The position numbers and the translations under genes are program-made. Below the pieces are notes generated by a model, which saw only the letters and a program-made list of their open reading frames with translations, had not been told where the DNA came from and did no database searches. From Trichoplax sp. H2 (taxonomy: Eukaryota), in assembly GCA_003344405.1 (NCBI GenBank), contig NOWV01000020.1:744001-808000 (forward strand): a DNA stretch of 64,000 nucleotides, given 5' to 3'. Positions 42,401 through 56,400 of this stretch are shown piece after piece; the stretch's first letter is position 1; each line of letters begins with the position of its first letter.

Positions 42401-45400
42401 TTCATATTAAGTTTGTTTAACCATACCCATAAAGAACTTAATTCTCTTTTCTCTGTCATAATTAATGTAGGAAGCCTACGCCTGTCCAATGACAATAATT
42501 GGTCCGTTAAACTTTCAGGTTAATCTGGCATAATGGTATTTTAGCCCGTTATTAAGACTATCATTCTACCAAACTACACTGTCATTATACCCACTTCTCT
42601 TTAAAGGATATTGTACGATTTAAAACTATTACTTATCGTGACTGTGTGATACATACTTATTTCCTATTTATATATCTTAATTCCAATCCTGTTATCAAAG
42701 CTTACATTATTCGTTGATATTGTAGAATTATATTTAGTAGAGTATACTACAAATATGATATATTCTCTATAAGCTCTTGAGATCCTTAATAACGGAGATA
42801 ATCGCTGTATAGCAGATGGCATAGGTTGTTTCACTAGTTAATAAAATGACAGGGTTAGCTATAAAACTATTTAATGTGAAACTTTTAAAATGACTTTATA
42901 AGCTTTACAGTATCGATTAGTCAGATAATATGTGATTAGGGATTCGCTAATATTAACTAACAATATCCTTATCTCGATAAAAGGTATAGGACTTTGTAGG
43001 ACATATTTTCGAATTTTAACCTAAAATTAGGAGTTTATGAAGCAACATGTATTGGCGCTATAAACACCGTCATATTCTATCAATACCTAAACAATATGAA
43101 TTATTGCCGTAATAAATCTTAGTAAATACCATATTTAATTTTTACGATAAAAGAAATCAATTGAAACATTGACCCATAGCGAATGGATTATGGGAAATGT
43201 TAGAGGCAACAATGATCAGATAAACCCTATCAAAATTTTGTGGCTTGTAGAATGCGTATGATATAGCGAAAAGAAATTTAGAAAAAACTACTAGATGTAA
43301 TATTGACTAGATGCGAAACGTTCCATTTCAAAATAATACTAACTACTAAAGAATTGATAGTATTGAATGATATTAAAATCAATTCTTATCTACTTTTGAA
43401 GTTATTCTATAAGGAAAGGTGAATAAGTTCAGATAGTTAACATTAGCGAAGGAAGATGCCTTTATTTAACTACAGCTTCTTTAATGGATAATTTACATTT
43501 TACAGGAAAGATTATTATTCTAAAAATTCTCAAACTCTTTTGCCATGATCTTTTCTTATTTGTGGTCAATGTCAATTATTATTATCAAAAGATATAGCCT
43601 ACATCCGTAGTGAGATTAGCAGAATCTATTCGCACTCTTAATTAAGCACTATTTGAAATTCTAGCGAAGTAGCTTCCTGATCACATGGACTCTTTAGTTT
43701 GCTTTAGATAATAAGAATAAAATACAAAAAGGAATCAGACTTTCCGATCGCATTGTAATATATAATACTTTCCTTTGACTGAATATGCTAGGTGGAAAGG
43801 ATAAGAGTTCCGGTTATATTGTCATCGATAGTAAAAATCATACCTTTGGTGTCTGCTCTGAAAATTGGGCAATGTCTAACGATGACGTAATATGTCGCCA
43901 AATGGGATTTGATGGAGCAGCCCGTCAATTAGGTACCTCATTATTTAAATGAATGATTTTCTTACCATCTTTGTTAATTTAAAATTTATCATTTTTTATC
44001 GCTAATATTGTATACAGAATTCAGATCTGTTGAATGCTTTGCTGAATACCGTAGCTATTACTATCTACGCGATCTACAAGTCAGTGATTATTATAGATTT
44101 ATTTCGCTGATAATTAAGATCAAAACTTTTACCAAAAATATTGCAGGCAATGAGCGCCCTGCTAACAAAATGAAACTGAACGGCTGGACAATGAGAATGC
44201 ATTGCTATGGCTACGAATCGAGACTACAACTTTGCCAGGTGTCCAAGTCGAACTTATTTATGAACAGTATCCCATGTCCAGATAATTCCTATGTGTTTGT
44301 GCAATGTCAAAAGCCTTGTGCTACATCAGGTATAGAGATGAAAGCAATAAAATATTGAAATACTGAATGTTAGAGGCTATTCTTTTGATATAATACGAAA
44401 GCGAATGCTAATAATCAACACATACATGCATATAGCGTAAAATTAGGCTTATTTAATCATAAGACATCGACTACTGACAAACTTACAATTACACAGTTAC
44501 TTTTCTCCAATGTGAGCGTAAAACATTTAGATAAAAGTTATCAATGATTTAGTTTTGCGTAACATTCAATGCATAATGACCCCAATATATTTAGGAATTA
44601 TTAACTTGTGATATAGATTTTTTGATTGTAATCGGAGATTAGCATTTAAGTAGGGCCAGCGACTCATTTTATGTCGTACACGTAGATTAATTATTATTCA
44701 TACGAGCAGTCCATTTGAGAAATACTACCGTATATCTATCCTTTCGGAAGAGTATAAAAATATTCTAATCATAGCAATTTAACATTACAGAATTATTAGC
44801 GATCATAAATTATTTGCTAACATTGCTAATAAATTATCAATTAGACCCTTATGGTAGTCCTACAATTTGTTCAACATTCGAATGCGGCTTATGCAATTGG
44901 AAAAGTACCATCCTTCATGGAAATATTGGTTGGAATTGGTTTCCAAAACAAGAATCTCATCGATATAGATATAGTCCATTATCGGCTAATTCATTAGGTT
45001 AGCCATGACAGAGCCATTCTGTTAAAAGTATATTCGCACTATAGCTATCGAATAATAATTATTTTACTCACGTTTATTCAAACCAAACAAAGTATCAGTG
45101 TTTATTGGTATAAGTATTAGCGCTGAAATTCAACAAATCCTGTTTTAAAGTTAAATTGAAAAGTTTTTTCATATTTTTTCATTACATTAATGAATTAAAC
45201 ACCTAACTTTCCTATATATTATTCCCTTATTTTACTTTCTATTCACTCCTATATAGTGGCTCCCCCTTTTGCTTATGTCGTTAGGCCTCCAGAATATGAC
45301 CAGCAAATGATTGCAAAATTGGAAAGCCCCTTACTTAATTTAATATCGAAGCCATTGCAGGTAAGATCAGAATTTTTATTTATATTCAATGAAAATGAAT

Positions 45401-47971
45401 TGTCTTTGAAAAGAAGAATATCAGTTGGAGTTAAAATTTATAGGTGCAACTGATTGATAAAATTTAATACGGCATTGTGACGGAGTATAGACTCCATCAA
45501 TTAATTGTGGCATTAGCCTAGGTAATTAGTAATTAAGATTTTATTAATTGTTAATAACATTTATTTATTAGCTATGGGATAATTATAACATTATTAGTAG
45601 TCTAATTACACTTGCTGTAGACTCTGTGCAGAGCAATGTGTTTACAGAGGTAATAAGTAATGTTCACACCATAGTAATCTCTGTTACTTTGTGCTGAGCC
45701 TTTGGTTGTTGTTAATTGGCTCTTAATTAGTTCATAACTCATTAGTGTTGTTTACGCCGTTTGCCATACTAAACCATATAGGCAAACGGCTATACAAAAG
45801 CTGTATGTTTTAGAGTTGTTTACCTAAGCTGTGCACCGAGTGCAACCGAGCTAGGGTATATAAAGCCCAGTTCTCTCACTAGTTTTTCAGTTGTCGGTTG
45901 ACCGTGGGGTCAGAGTAGTCTTGGATGGCAAGACTACCTTCGCTCAATAAAACTATTTCAAAAACCTAAGACTAGTCTACCCTTAGCCCATTGGGGGCAT
46001 ACTTGGCTGTTGTAGCCCTAGTATTCATACATCTTCAAAGGCCCAGGTCTCCCTGTCGTGGGCTGACTACGACAAGCATATATTTCGAGGAGAAAATAAT
46101 AATTAATATCTGACGAGAAGTCAAATACTGAGCGTTAGACATCCTGAACCTGGCTCTAGTTGTATATTCTAACTCTAATTAGAGAGCAAGTTAGATTAAA
46201 GATTTATAATGATAATTTTAGATGATATAAATCGATTACCACATATGCAAATAGCACATTTGTTATTCCTATGAATTTAGTAAACCCCAATCCAATCAAG
46301 TCACTATTGTACGTGACAAAAAACTAATAATATCCACTTCTGCTTAGCCTAACATTGCTATTTTAAACAAATACTACGGCAAAGTGCGATAACTGAATAA
46401 TTTTACTAAAATTAACTACATATAGCAATCGACAGTAGGCTTTATAGCCGAGATTTCATTAATAGTTCACGCAATAACAGCATATTATTTGTTTTCAGTA
46501 TAATTCTGGAAGATTTGTTTTCATCTCATAGTGAACTTCATGCGCGGAAAGTATACTGTTGTTATATATTTTATCGATCAATATTACTTCATATTGCCAC
46601 CTTATAACGCTGCATGCATTTTTCAATTGTATTATTGCATTTACATATTATAACAGTATCCTAGCTTAGCTCAGTTTGCCTGATCGAAGTTGAGAAAATA
46701 CTGCAGATATATCAAATTCTATTCTAAAATTCTTGAAGAGTTATCATAATACTTTACCTTAAGATAGAAAATCTAATCACATTTTATTATGAAACGGAAT
46801 GCAAATTGCTAGTCCATAATTTTCGTAGAATTATAAAAATTATATCTAAGATATCGATTGAAGACTGATAATAGAATTTAATTTATTAAATTTATCATTT
46901 CTACATCGCATACGATGATATGACTAGAGTTAATGACCGGCTAAATACATTCTCTGTACGCTTGATTTTAGATTATGATACACTATGAAGTGGAAGGAAA
47001 TGACCTTAGTCACTACCAAATTCATGCTGTGGATGAACATGAACATCTTATCAATTTTACCACGGTTAACTTGCATGCCGTTTCGAAAAATCAGCTCACT
47101 AAGAAAAGCGTAATTTATCCTCATCATTCAGGAAAAGTAAAGGTGTGGCTAATTATAATTATAATAAAATTAGTAAAAGCGAAAGAAATTCAATTGAATT
47201 TTTTTATGCTCTTTATTTGCTGCAGATCGCTTTTATTGTAATTTCACTTGCAGTACATAAAAGTCATCAATCTAGTGCCTTCATATTGCACGACTTCATC
47301 GTCAGCGGAGCAGAATTAAGTATATATATATATACTAAGAAATTAGCTAAAAGTGATTTATAGCCATATAATTGTAAGTCGATCAAATAGTAATGTACTG
47401 AGGGAGTAAAAATTCGGAATTAGGGTTAGATACATATTTTAAAGCATTTTAGGTGTTTAAACATTCAGATCCATACAAATCTCTACTGTGCAAAGTATGG
47501 TAGTATTTACAAGTATAATATGACTAATTCTAAAACAAAATAATAGAAAAATTTGTTTATTTGTTTGCAAGGAAAGGTTTCTTTGTAAAATTAGTAAAGC
47601 ATTGCCTTTATGCTTGACTTTATAAGAGGTAAATTATGAGCAAATCTGTAATTACTTACTCTATCATTGCAGATAGAAACCGCTCTTTTATGATCGGCAT
47701 TGGATTTGTTGGTTTCGCTATTATATTTGGAATAATTGGAGGAGTTTTCTACTGCATTGTATCAGCCAGGCGTGAAGCTGCTAAAGCAGCCTCAGAAGAT
47801 CAGGAAAAATCCAAAGAAAGTTCAAGCGGAAAATCCCCAGGTTAAATTAAAATTGAATAACAGATATTTTATGGGCTAAATTACAGAATTATAATTGCTA
47901 TATATGTAATTTTAGATGTGGAACTAATGGAAATGATATCGTCGAGAAGCAGAGACGTATCAACTGTGTAA
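39427..47971 (+). CDS. Receptor gene C: signal peptide - LRRNT - cysteine-less LRRCT-position exon - SRCR - MAM - TM - tail ending VSTV
   Basis: Exons 39427-39662 (CPRYCECYPKQLKISC...NIPRWT), 42021-42223, 42471-42518, 43791-43932 (SGYIVI...GVCSENW...DVICRQMGF), 44018/44147-44329 (MHCYGYESRLQLC; 5' boundary uncertain), 44845-44997 (CSTFECGLCNW), 45257-45360 (AKLESP), 46972-47142, 47226-47319, 47673-47840 (TM FMIGIGFVGFAIIFGIIGGVFYCIV), 47916-47971 (DVELMEMISSRSRDVSTV*). Confidence 0.8.
40487..40635. mobile_element. MITE, about 149 bp, Tc1/mariner-like (TA flanks, ~35-bp imperfect TIRs)
   Basis: ta|cagtgtgtatcaaagtattttgtcacttt ... aaagtgacaaaatgttatgatacacaccg|ta. Confidence 0.75.
40640..41035 (+). 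repeat. Interspersed repeat, diverged copy of 22821-23210
   Basis: Colinear similarity over about 390 bp; lies in intron 1 of gene C. Confidence 0.75.
45476..46074 (+). mobile_element. Probable solo LTR (599 bp) of a second family, in a gene C intron
   Basis: Termini TGTGAC...ACGACA; flanks ggcat/agcat (5-bp TSD with one mismatch); internal tatataaa (about 45858) and aataaa (about 45946); visibly GC-richer than its flanks. Confidence 0.65.
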
Positions 47972-48726
47972 TACTGTTCAATAGGAGTGCTATCGACTGA
48001 AGCTTACTATGATAATAGATATATAATCAATAAAAATAAGGCAGCAAATAATTTAAATACAATGCTTGATATCAAGATAAGCCTAAAATGGTTATTAATT
48101 TGAAATACAATATAAATCCTGAACTATAATGGAACTTCAATACAATATATATAACTATAGATCTTTAGTAAGTTTGCAAAATTTCCGATTTTGACATGGA
48201 CAGTAACACCTATTGCCTTTGTTAATTAAAGAAATTGTGAATGTAATGTATATTAAATTTCATTATTATTAATACATAGTGCTTCAAGTATAATCAAATG
48301 CAATGCCGTTACAAACTAAAACTTCTTTGTGCAAATTTAGGATTTATTAGCATTTTCGATTATGCTTAATATGCTAGTATTAGCTACGGCCTACTTAAAT
48401 CTCTATTAAAGAAGTATTAGTCAATTTTACGAGTAGCAGTAAAGTACAGGAGGCAATTAAGAATGCCTGATGAGGACCAAACTATCTACTAGTTGGAATG
48501 AAGTAAATAAATGGCTCCAAATTTATGTCTTATTAATTAAAAAATATGGAGTTAATAAAGTATGGAAATATTAGCAGACATTAATGAAGGTAGTTTAATG
48601 TTTGTAAAATTAAGAGACCTGCTGCCATACAAACAATTTCATATAACTAAATACATAAGAAAAGCGTTGCACATGTATAAGGAAGGAAATCTCATGAATT
48701 TAGTAATTCTAACTAGAGCTGATACG

Positions 48727-51700
48727 ATAGTGACTATGAAGTAGCCTTTTTAAATGAAGTACTGAAGCTGTTTTAAATTAATTCAAAGCTCAAAAATCTT
48801 TCTATATGCAACGTATAAGGCATGCATGTATGAATATATTAGAATTATCACTGGCACAATCTTATCAGATTGGAGCATAGCAATTCAGTAAATTCTCGTA
48901 AATGGCATACGAAACATACTTTAATACATCCTTTGTTATAATTATTTATTGGTTTTTCGTCAGAAATATCATAACTTTAATTAATTTTTTTTGAGTATGA
49001 TAGCGTTTAAAGCTGCTTTATGTAACACTATGAGATGAATATCCGGCATAATCTCCAATATATGAATATAAATATTAATAAATATCAGTGAGAAATTTAT
49101 CTTTATAGAGATAAATGAGTAATCGTGGCTATTAGCTTTTATGTGTAGCTGAGTGAGAATAGCATTCGCTCTGGATATCATGTAATACAATGCCGCTATA
49201 CTCCACAATTTTAAGGGTAGCTTAGATTTTCTGATTATTTATCTTTGAAATAGTTTTCATTTACTGTACATAATAAATGCTATTAACAATATCGAGATTA
49301 ACTCCCTTATAGCATTCTGTGCTATTCAAGAAGTATTATTTACAAGTTGCAAATTGCGAGTTGAAGATAGAATGGAAAATTTTATGCATGACTACACATT
49401 TTGGGTAAGTAATTTGATACACCGCTGATGATAATATCTAACGATTATAATTACGTTATATTCCTAAGGTAAAAGTAGTATAGCATTGTAATGCAAAGCA
49501 TGCTAATTACTAACACGTGTCTACTACAATATCCGGTATCTCTATGCCAAGGTTTGCGACAGTAGATGAGATTTACCTGCAATCAATCAACACTTAGCAG
49601 TCTCCTGGCTGCACGACGGGCCTAAATACGAAACATATAGTATTTAACTACGCGTATTTTCTATCTAGAGATACCGAACCGTGTAAGAGATTAATATTTA
49701 CCTAATGTATACGCGTCTTGCAATCTTGCAAGGTAGTGATTTATACAACGGTATGCATAGGATTAAATCCTTGCAATGCATTTCTAGATACGAGCTAGTT
49801 AAAGACTTAATTTTAGCAAATAACTTTAATTAAAACGTTACCATTAGCTTTCGTGATGCTGTCACGGTACGCCGTTACTAATTAAGTAACTGTAAATTAA
49901 TGAATGCTTATGAATAGATAAGATAAGATTATGTGCTATGTTTTAATGGGCTTGTAGCTGATAATAGGATGGTAGAAATGAGATAAGAATAGAAGTTGTT
50001 AGCAGTTAATTTACTGTAGGTTTATAAGTTGTGTTAATCTCTAAAAATTGAGCTGTATATGGACGAAGGTTAAGCGTCTTAACACCTGATAGCTTGTAGC
50101 TATCTAAGTCTGAGAATATCGACATGTATATTTAGTAATGGTATTATACTAATTAATGTAACTTGCAAAGCATGAATTCTCACTCGTTAATATTGGAATT
50201 CACTGTAGAAACCTATTTAAGCGCGTGTGTTTGTAGAATAAAAAAAGTAATTGCTCATGAAACGGCAAGACTCATATCGTGATGAATAGTGTAATAATTA
50301 GTCAGTTGTCTGTGGAGATCAGCCGAGAAATCGAGTTCTCAAATACTTTTCTCATAGAAACTGAAAGTACTGGGAGAAATAGCCCAAGTTTTAAGTAACT
50401 ACACTAGAGTTCTTTACTTTCCTTTGCCACAAGTGAGGGTTGTGACAGATGCTCAAGTTTAACTTACGCTGATGCATCCTATATGTTTATAGATTTCGTT
50501 CAGCTACTGCATCACAGAATCAAACTTTAACGTTTTATTTACAAGCGTACTATCCAAAAATAACACGGAGACACAATCACTCTCCATTCAAATAGGGTCT
50601 GCATTGATAAATAGATGGATACCTGCGATCGCGCCAGTTATTTATCCATCCAGTCAATTTTATGTAAGATAGTCAACAGCATTTTTCATCGTCCACTATT
50701 TTTAAACGAGTGAAGACTAAAAAAGAGAATGCATAAATTTTATGTATTAGTAAATAAAGCAACCTGAATCAAATTATTCTTATTATTTGAATAACTAGGT
50801 TATAATTAAAGCTCTTTCACTATCAACATCACTTTCATCAAGTACGCATCACAATTGACACAGTCAGAAATCTTAATGCCAAAGCCAATGGTCTTAAGTC
50901 AAATGATATTTATTCGAAATTCGACATAGCTTTTTTACCGTAATTTTTCGATATGAAGTTCTGACGTGATTTCAGCATACAGAATCTGGCGGTGGCAGCG
51001 GCCCTCCTTACACCCTAACACCAGCAATTGGTGGTTCTATCGGTGATGTGGTCGCTCTTATCTTTATACTGCTTCCTGCTTATTACTACTTGAAACGATC
51101 TAAGAAAATTCGTGTTGTAGTGGGAGGACTAGTAATCAGTAAAATGAATTTAATTTCACTATAAATCTCGATTAAAATAAGCCATACTAAATATTAGAGT
51201 TACTCTCGTCCGATGATTAACTAGTAGTGATTTTACTATTTATGAATAATTACATATTTAAAGAAAGTAAAAATTAATACTTTTTTACAAAGCTATTTAC
51301 AGTATTTTTGAAATTCAAGCTTATTGTTAGTTTACGGCTATAAAAATCATTAATATTAGCACTCTTGATTCAGCTTATCATAAGAAAAGCATCCTTAATT
51401 AATAAGATGTTGATCACCAATAAAAATTATCGCTTATAAATCAGTCAAAAAGCCTGCGTTTAAAATCAAATTGCAATCTTTGCATACTCCAAGAATAAGG
51501 ATCTGCTGTTCGTACCTATACATTTTATAAGACATGTCACGCCTATTGTTATATCAGTGCAAGTAAATTTAGTTAGCTAGGTTCTACCAAACTTTTATAA
51601 TTTATCTACTATCACCACTGCACGAGTTATAANNNNNNNNNNNNNNNNNNNNATAGTGACTATGAAGTAGCCTTTTTAAATGAAGTTCTGAAGCTGTTTT

Positions 51701-52268
51701 AAATTAATTCAAAGCTCAAAAATCTTTCTATATGAAACGTATAAGGCATGCATGTATGAATATATTAGAATTATCACTGGCACAATCTTATCAGATTGGA
51801 ATGTAGCAATTCAGTAAATTCTCGTAAACGGCTTACGAAATATACTTTAATACATCCTTTGTTATAATTATTTATTGGTTTTTCGTCAGAAATATCATAA
51901 CTTTAATTAATTTTTTTTGAGTATGATAGCGTTTAAAGCTGCTTTATGTAACACTATGAGATGAATATCCGGCACAATCTCCAATATAAGAATATAAATA
52001 TTAATAAATATCAGTGAGAAATTTATCTTTATAGAGAAATGGGTTCATATATACAATAAAAATTATCGCTTATAAATCAGTCAAAAAGGCTGCGTTTAAA
52101 ATCAAATTGCAATCTTTGCATACTCCAAGAATAAGGATCTGCTGTTCGTACCTATATATTTTATAAAACATGTCATGCCTATTGTTATATCAGTGAAAGT
52201 AAATTTAGTTAGCTAGGTTCTACGAAACTTTTACAATTTATCTACTATCACCACTGCACGAGTTATAA
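48727..52268 (+). repeat. Duplicated flanks around an N gap: 48727-49110 = 51653-52037 and 51418-51632 = 52054-52268
   Basis: In the second copy the two blocks are joined by about 16 bp, whereas in the first copy they are about 2.3 kb apart. Confidence 0.8.
49390..51164 (+). pseudogene. Decayed paralog relic: SRCR remnants and an orphan TM exon
   Basis: About 49390 DYTFWVSNL; about 50136 NGIILINVTCK-(frameshift)-HEFSLVN (SRCR I.L.NV.C.G.E.SL pattern); phase-1 exon 50983-51164 ESGGGSGPPYTLTPAIGGSIGDVVALIFILLPAYYYLKRSKK...*. Confidence 0.55.
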
Positions 52269-53424
52269 TTATTGCTGGTGATTAGTCAAATAGTTTAAAC
52301 TAGTTTTTGAACATGGCTGTATATGATACCGGTATCATCTATTTTTAAATTTACAGCAATTATCCATAATTAACTCATTATCTGTAATCTAAAATATCGA
52401 AGCAGTACAAGTACTTTGAATTTTTTTCATTACTCTAACATGAATGATATTTTTAATATCGATCGTAGAAACTATTTACATCGGATTAGTAATATGCATC
52501 ATGAACAATATAGCAGTTTGCAAGGAGCATAATTTTAAGTACTGCAACCTTTAAATAGTGGAACATTTAATTCTGTATAGGAATATAGGCTCTATATTAA
52601 GACTCCAATAATCATAAATGAGTGGATTAGTGGTATCGAGGATATTACATTTAAGGGTTATTTAGCCGAATGCTATTAGTGGATAGTTTAGAGGTGTCAG
52701 CTATAGCTTTAAGTGAGAATACCAGGCGCCCTAGTAAGCTGTAGCGGAGCATTTTCATAAGCTAAAGTTTGGTGTTTGTAAAATCTATACTTCATATGAT
52801 TTAATGATAATAATCTGTTATCCAGGATTGACCTAGCTACATTAAGGCTTAAATTCTAGCTCTAAGTAAGATACTGTAACGTGTAGTATGTAGCTTTGAA
52901 TGCTTAGAAACAAGTACTGTCAAATATCTGTTAACCTATAGTCAAATGTAGGGTGTGGAAGTGCAGTAGCTAACAAAATTGAAAAAAAAATTTATGAAAT
53001 AGGGAGTAAAACCATAATGGCTTATAATTAATTACTTATAACTATCATCTACATTACGTAACAATTTAGGGCAAGGTTAACACCATCACGTGTAGTAGCT
53101 CATGAATTTATTATTATACTGATGAACCTAGATCAAAACACCAAGATCGTTGCGATAGCTATTAGATCGCTCAAATAATTATTCTGTAATAACATAATAC
53201 AAAGATAACTGTCAGCTGTTATGGTTTGAATAATTATTAAGTTAACAAGCTAATTTCCATAATAATATCTACAATAGCAATGGAACTCCTGGAATTGAAA
53301 AACTCCTCAACAACTGCATATCATTAACACACTGTTTAATTTAATTAGATTTTATCTGACAGCATCATTTTCGTGACCGGATTTGCTATATTCTTAATAA
53401 GTTACGTCTCATATAAAGGCTGCC

Positions 53425-56400
53425 ATGCAGATCCTATCGAGCTTTATTAAGATGAAAATCGTTCCTTTACGTTCGTTTCTATTGGCGTATGTCCTGATAT
53501 TCTTTAGCTTTACTACTGGAACAGGATCGGAATTTTGTCCTAACAATTGCAAATGTAGCGATACAGAAATTAAATGCTCTAACTTGATAGCACCTTCATT
53601 TTCTATCCCAACAGGAATAAAATCCTTGTAAGACTATCTTTACCATACTCATACACAAATTTCATGAATTGCTTTAAATTTAGATTGATTTTTCATTTAA
53701 TTCAGGTAGTGTACGTTATGCTTTCTGATATCGCAATCTAAAGCAGCTATTTAAAATGTCAGTAATTACCAAAGCTAATTACACTTTTGAATTCTTGATT
53801 GCGGGTTTTCCGTGATTTTTACTTTCTTCAACGTACTTAGTTACCGCTCGTTATTATCTCTAATTTTATTTTCAGAGATTTACTATAATCAAGTTTTTGC
53901 GATAGTGAAATATCAGTAAACTTGTAGATATTATCAAAGGACATGTATTACAGTATGTTTTACATTTACTAATTTAAATTCATAAGCTTTAATAGGAGTA
54001 TCTATTTAAGGATAATTATTTTATTTATGATTTTACAAGTAAGGCATATCTAAGTCATACGAACTTAACAATACAATTCTGAAGTACTGTAGATGGTAAC
54101 TATTCACTATCTGACTAATAATTAAAGTTCTTACAAGTAATTAATCTTATGAAACAAATTCTAAATCTAATTTAAATTTTACTACGCTTATTTGGTACTT
54201 TACATTCAATTAACTGAATTTCTGAATTTTTGACTGTTGTATAAATTCCAAAGTACTACGATGGAATAAATTTGCTAGCTTATTAGTGATTTAGCTGATA
54301 TGAAAAGCACAAAATTAAGATATAAATGAACTCGTGCATATTTAAAAAATTATAGGTTATTTGAACAAAGGATACCTTGTGACTGTAAGTATTTATTTCC
54401 TCTTCTGTGGGCTGCCAGACTAAAAAATGTAACGGTAGATGGCTACTGTAGTACGCCTTCACGCTTTAGAAACTATCACCTGGATCGTATGTTCGATTAT
54501 TTATTATGTGATAACAACTTAAAAGCAGGTAAGACGCTGTGTTTTTGTAAATTTCAATAACTTTATTCAAATCAAAGACTTTCGACAACACAACGTGTCT
54601 AATACTGTACTCTTTAAGATAATATTGAGCTGATAAAAAGCTTTGTGTACTAATTTTCACTTACTACTTTATTACAATACAGGTTTCAAGCCATCTTCAG
54701 TCTATGAATTTCACCGTAAGTTATGAAATGCAATAAATTCTATCAGGATTCATTAATAACTAGAATCTGCACAACCTTACAATACTATCAAATTAATATA
54801 AATGTTATCGCAGCCAATGAAGCATCTTTAAGGATAAAATAGTAAAGTACACGATCCAATATAATGAATAATAACAGTCGCTCACGAAAAGTGCCGATTT
54901 GACATTAGCTGGTATACAGTGTTTTTAGTCCTAACTATGTTCCATTATTTCTAAAAAATTTCGTAAATATCTTTAAAGTATTGGTGATATATTAATAATG
55001 TTCTATAGTAAGAAATAATAGTATTTCTATCATTCTTCATGGATTACTGTCCTGCTAATGACACAGAACACAGCACCAATCTTATAAATGTACTTTATTT
55101 ACATTTCATATCTTAGTTAAACCGAAGCATTCTGCAGTTTGTTCTTTCGATAATGGCTTGTGCGGCTGGCAACAACTAGCTAATATCGATTTCTTCGACT
55201 GGAAATATCATCATAGTGTTGGCTCTCAATCAGTGAATGCATACCAAGAAGGAATTGGTAATAAATCGTAAAAAATAGAATAACTGTCAGGATTGTTTCA
55301 ACCTGTTACAGTTAGGTAGCGGATATCAAAATAACGTCAACTTCAATCTTTTGAGATACTTTGATTTGACGGTTTACAATACATAGCTATGATTAAGACT
55401 AAGTTTGATTATATACTTATTACAAATCGAAATTCGCAACATGGAAAAAATGAAAAATATTTAAAGAAAACCAAAAATTACGAGTCTACTGTCATTTTTA
55501 TCCTCTCTTGATACCTGCTCACAGTACGACTTTAAGAACTGATGACAACCATCGTCTGAAGAAACTGTCACCACTAGTATCTTAATTACACGAAAAATTA
55601 ACGCAAATATTATTGAAAAATCCATCAATTTATACTTTAATCTACATAAGTAGTGAAAAAATTCATATTACTTAGATAATGTTAGGAAACTATGTGTATT
55701 TATCTATAAAAATATATTAGACGTCATTGATAAATTGTTGCCAATACATTCCTGGATAAGCTATCTTATGAAAACTATGCTATAGCATCTATAAAAAAGC
55801 TACTCCGTAATACTATCACCTATTATTTATCGCTGTCACAAAACAGCTTTGCAACAAGATAACGCAATATACGATCAATAAGTCAATTCCTCGAACCACG
55901 TATCAAGGAACGATATCTGCACTATCACAAACACTTTTGCTCTGCTAGCAGACTACACAAAGACTTAAACGCCTCGTATTTTACGTTAAACACTAAGTTG
56001 GACAATTCTTCTTTATTTCACGATATACTGCATTTATATACTATTCCTCAATAGTTCATGAGTCATAGTTAATANNNNNNNNNNNNNNNNNNNNAGTGAA
56101 AAAATTCATATTACTTAGATAATGTTAGGAAACTATGTGTATTTATCTATAAAAATATATTAGATGTCATTGATAAATTGTTGCCAATGCATTCCTGGAT
56201 AAGCTATCTTATGAAAACTATGCTATAGCAGCTATAAAAAAGCTACTCCGTAATACTATCACCTATTATTTATCGCACTTTCCTTAATTTAGAGGATAGT
56301 TAAGATAAGGTTGCATTAATGCTTCAGAAATATAAGTTCCTCGACAATGATAGTTCTTCTGAATATGTACGAAATATAGCAATTAGCTGTAGTAACTTGG

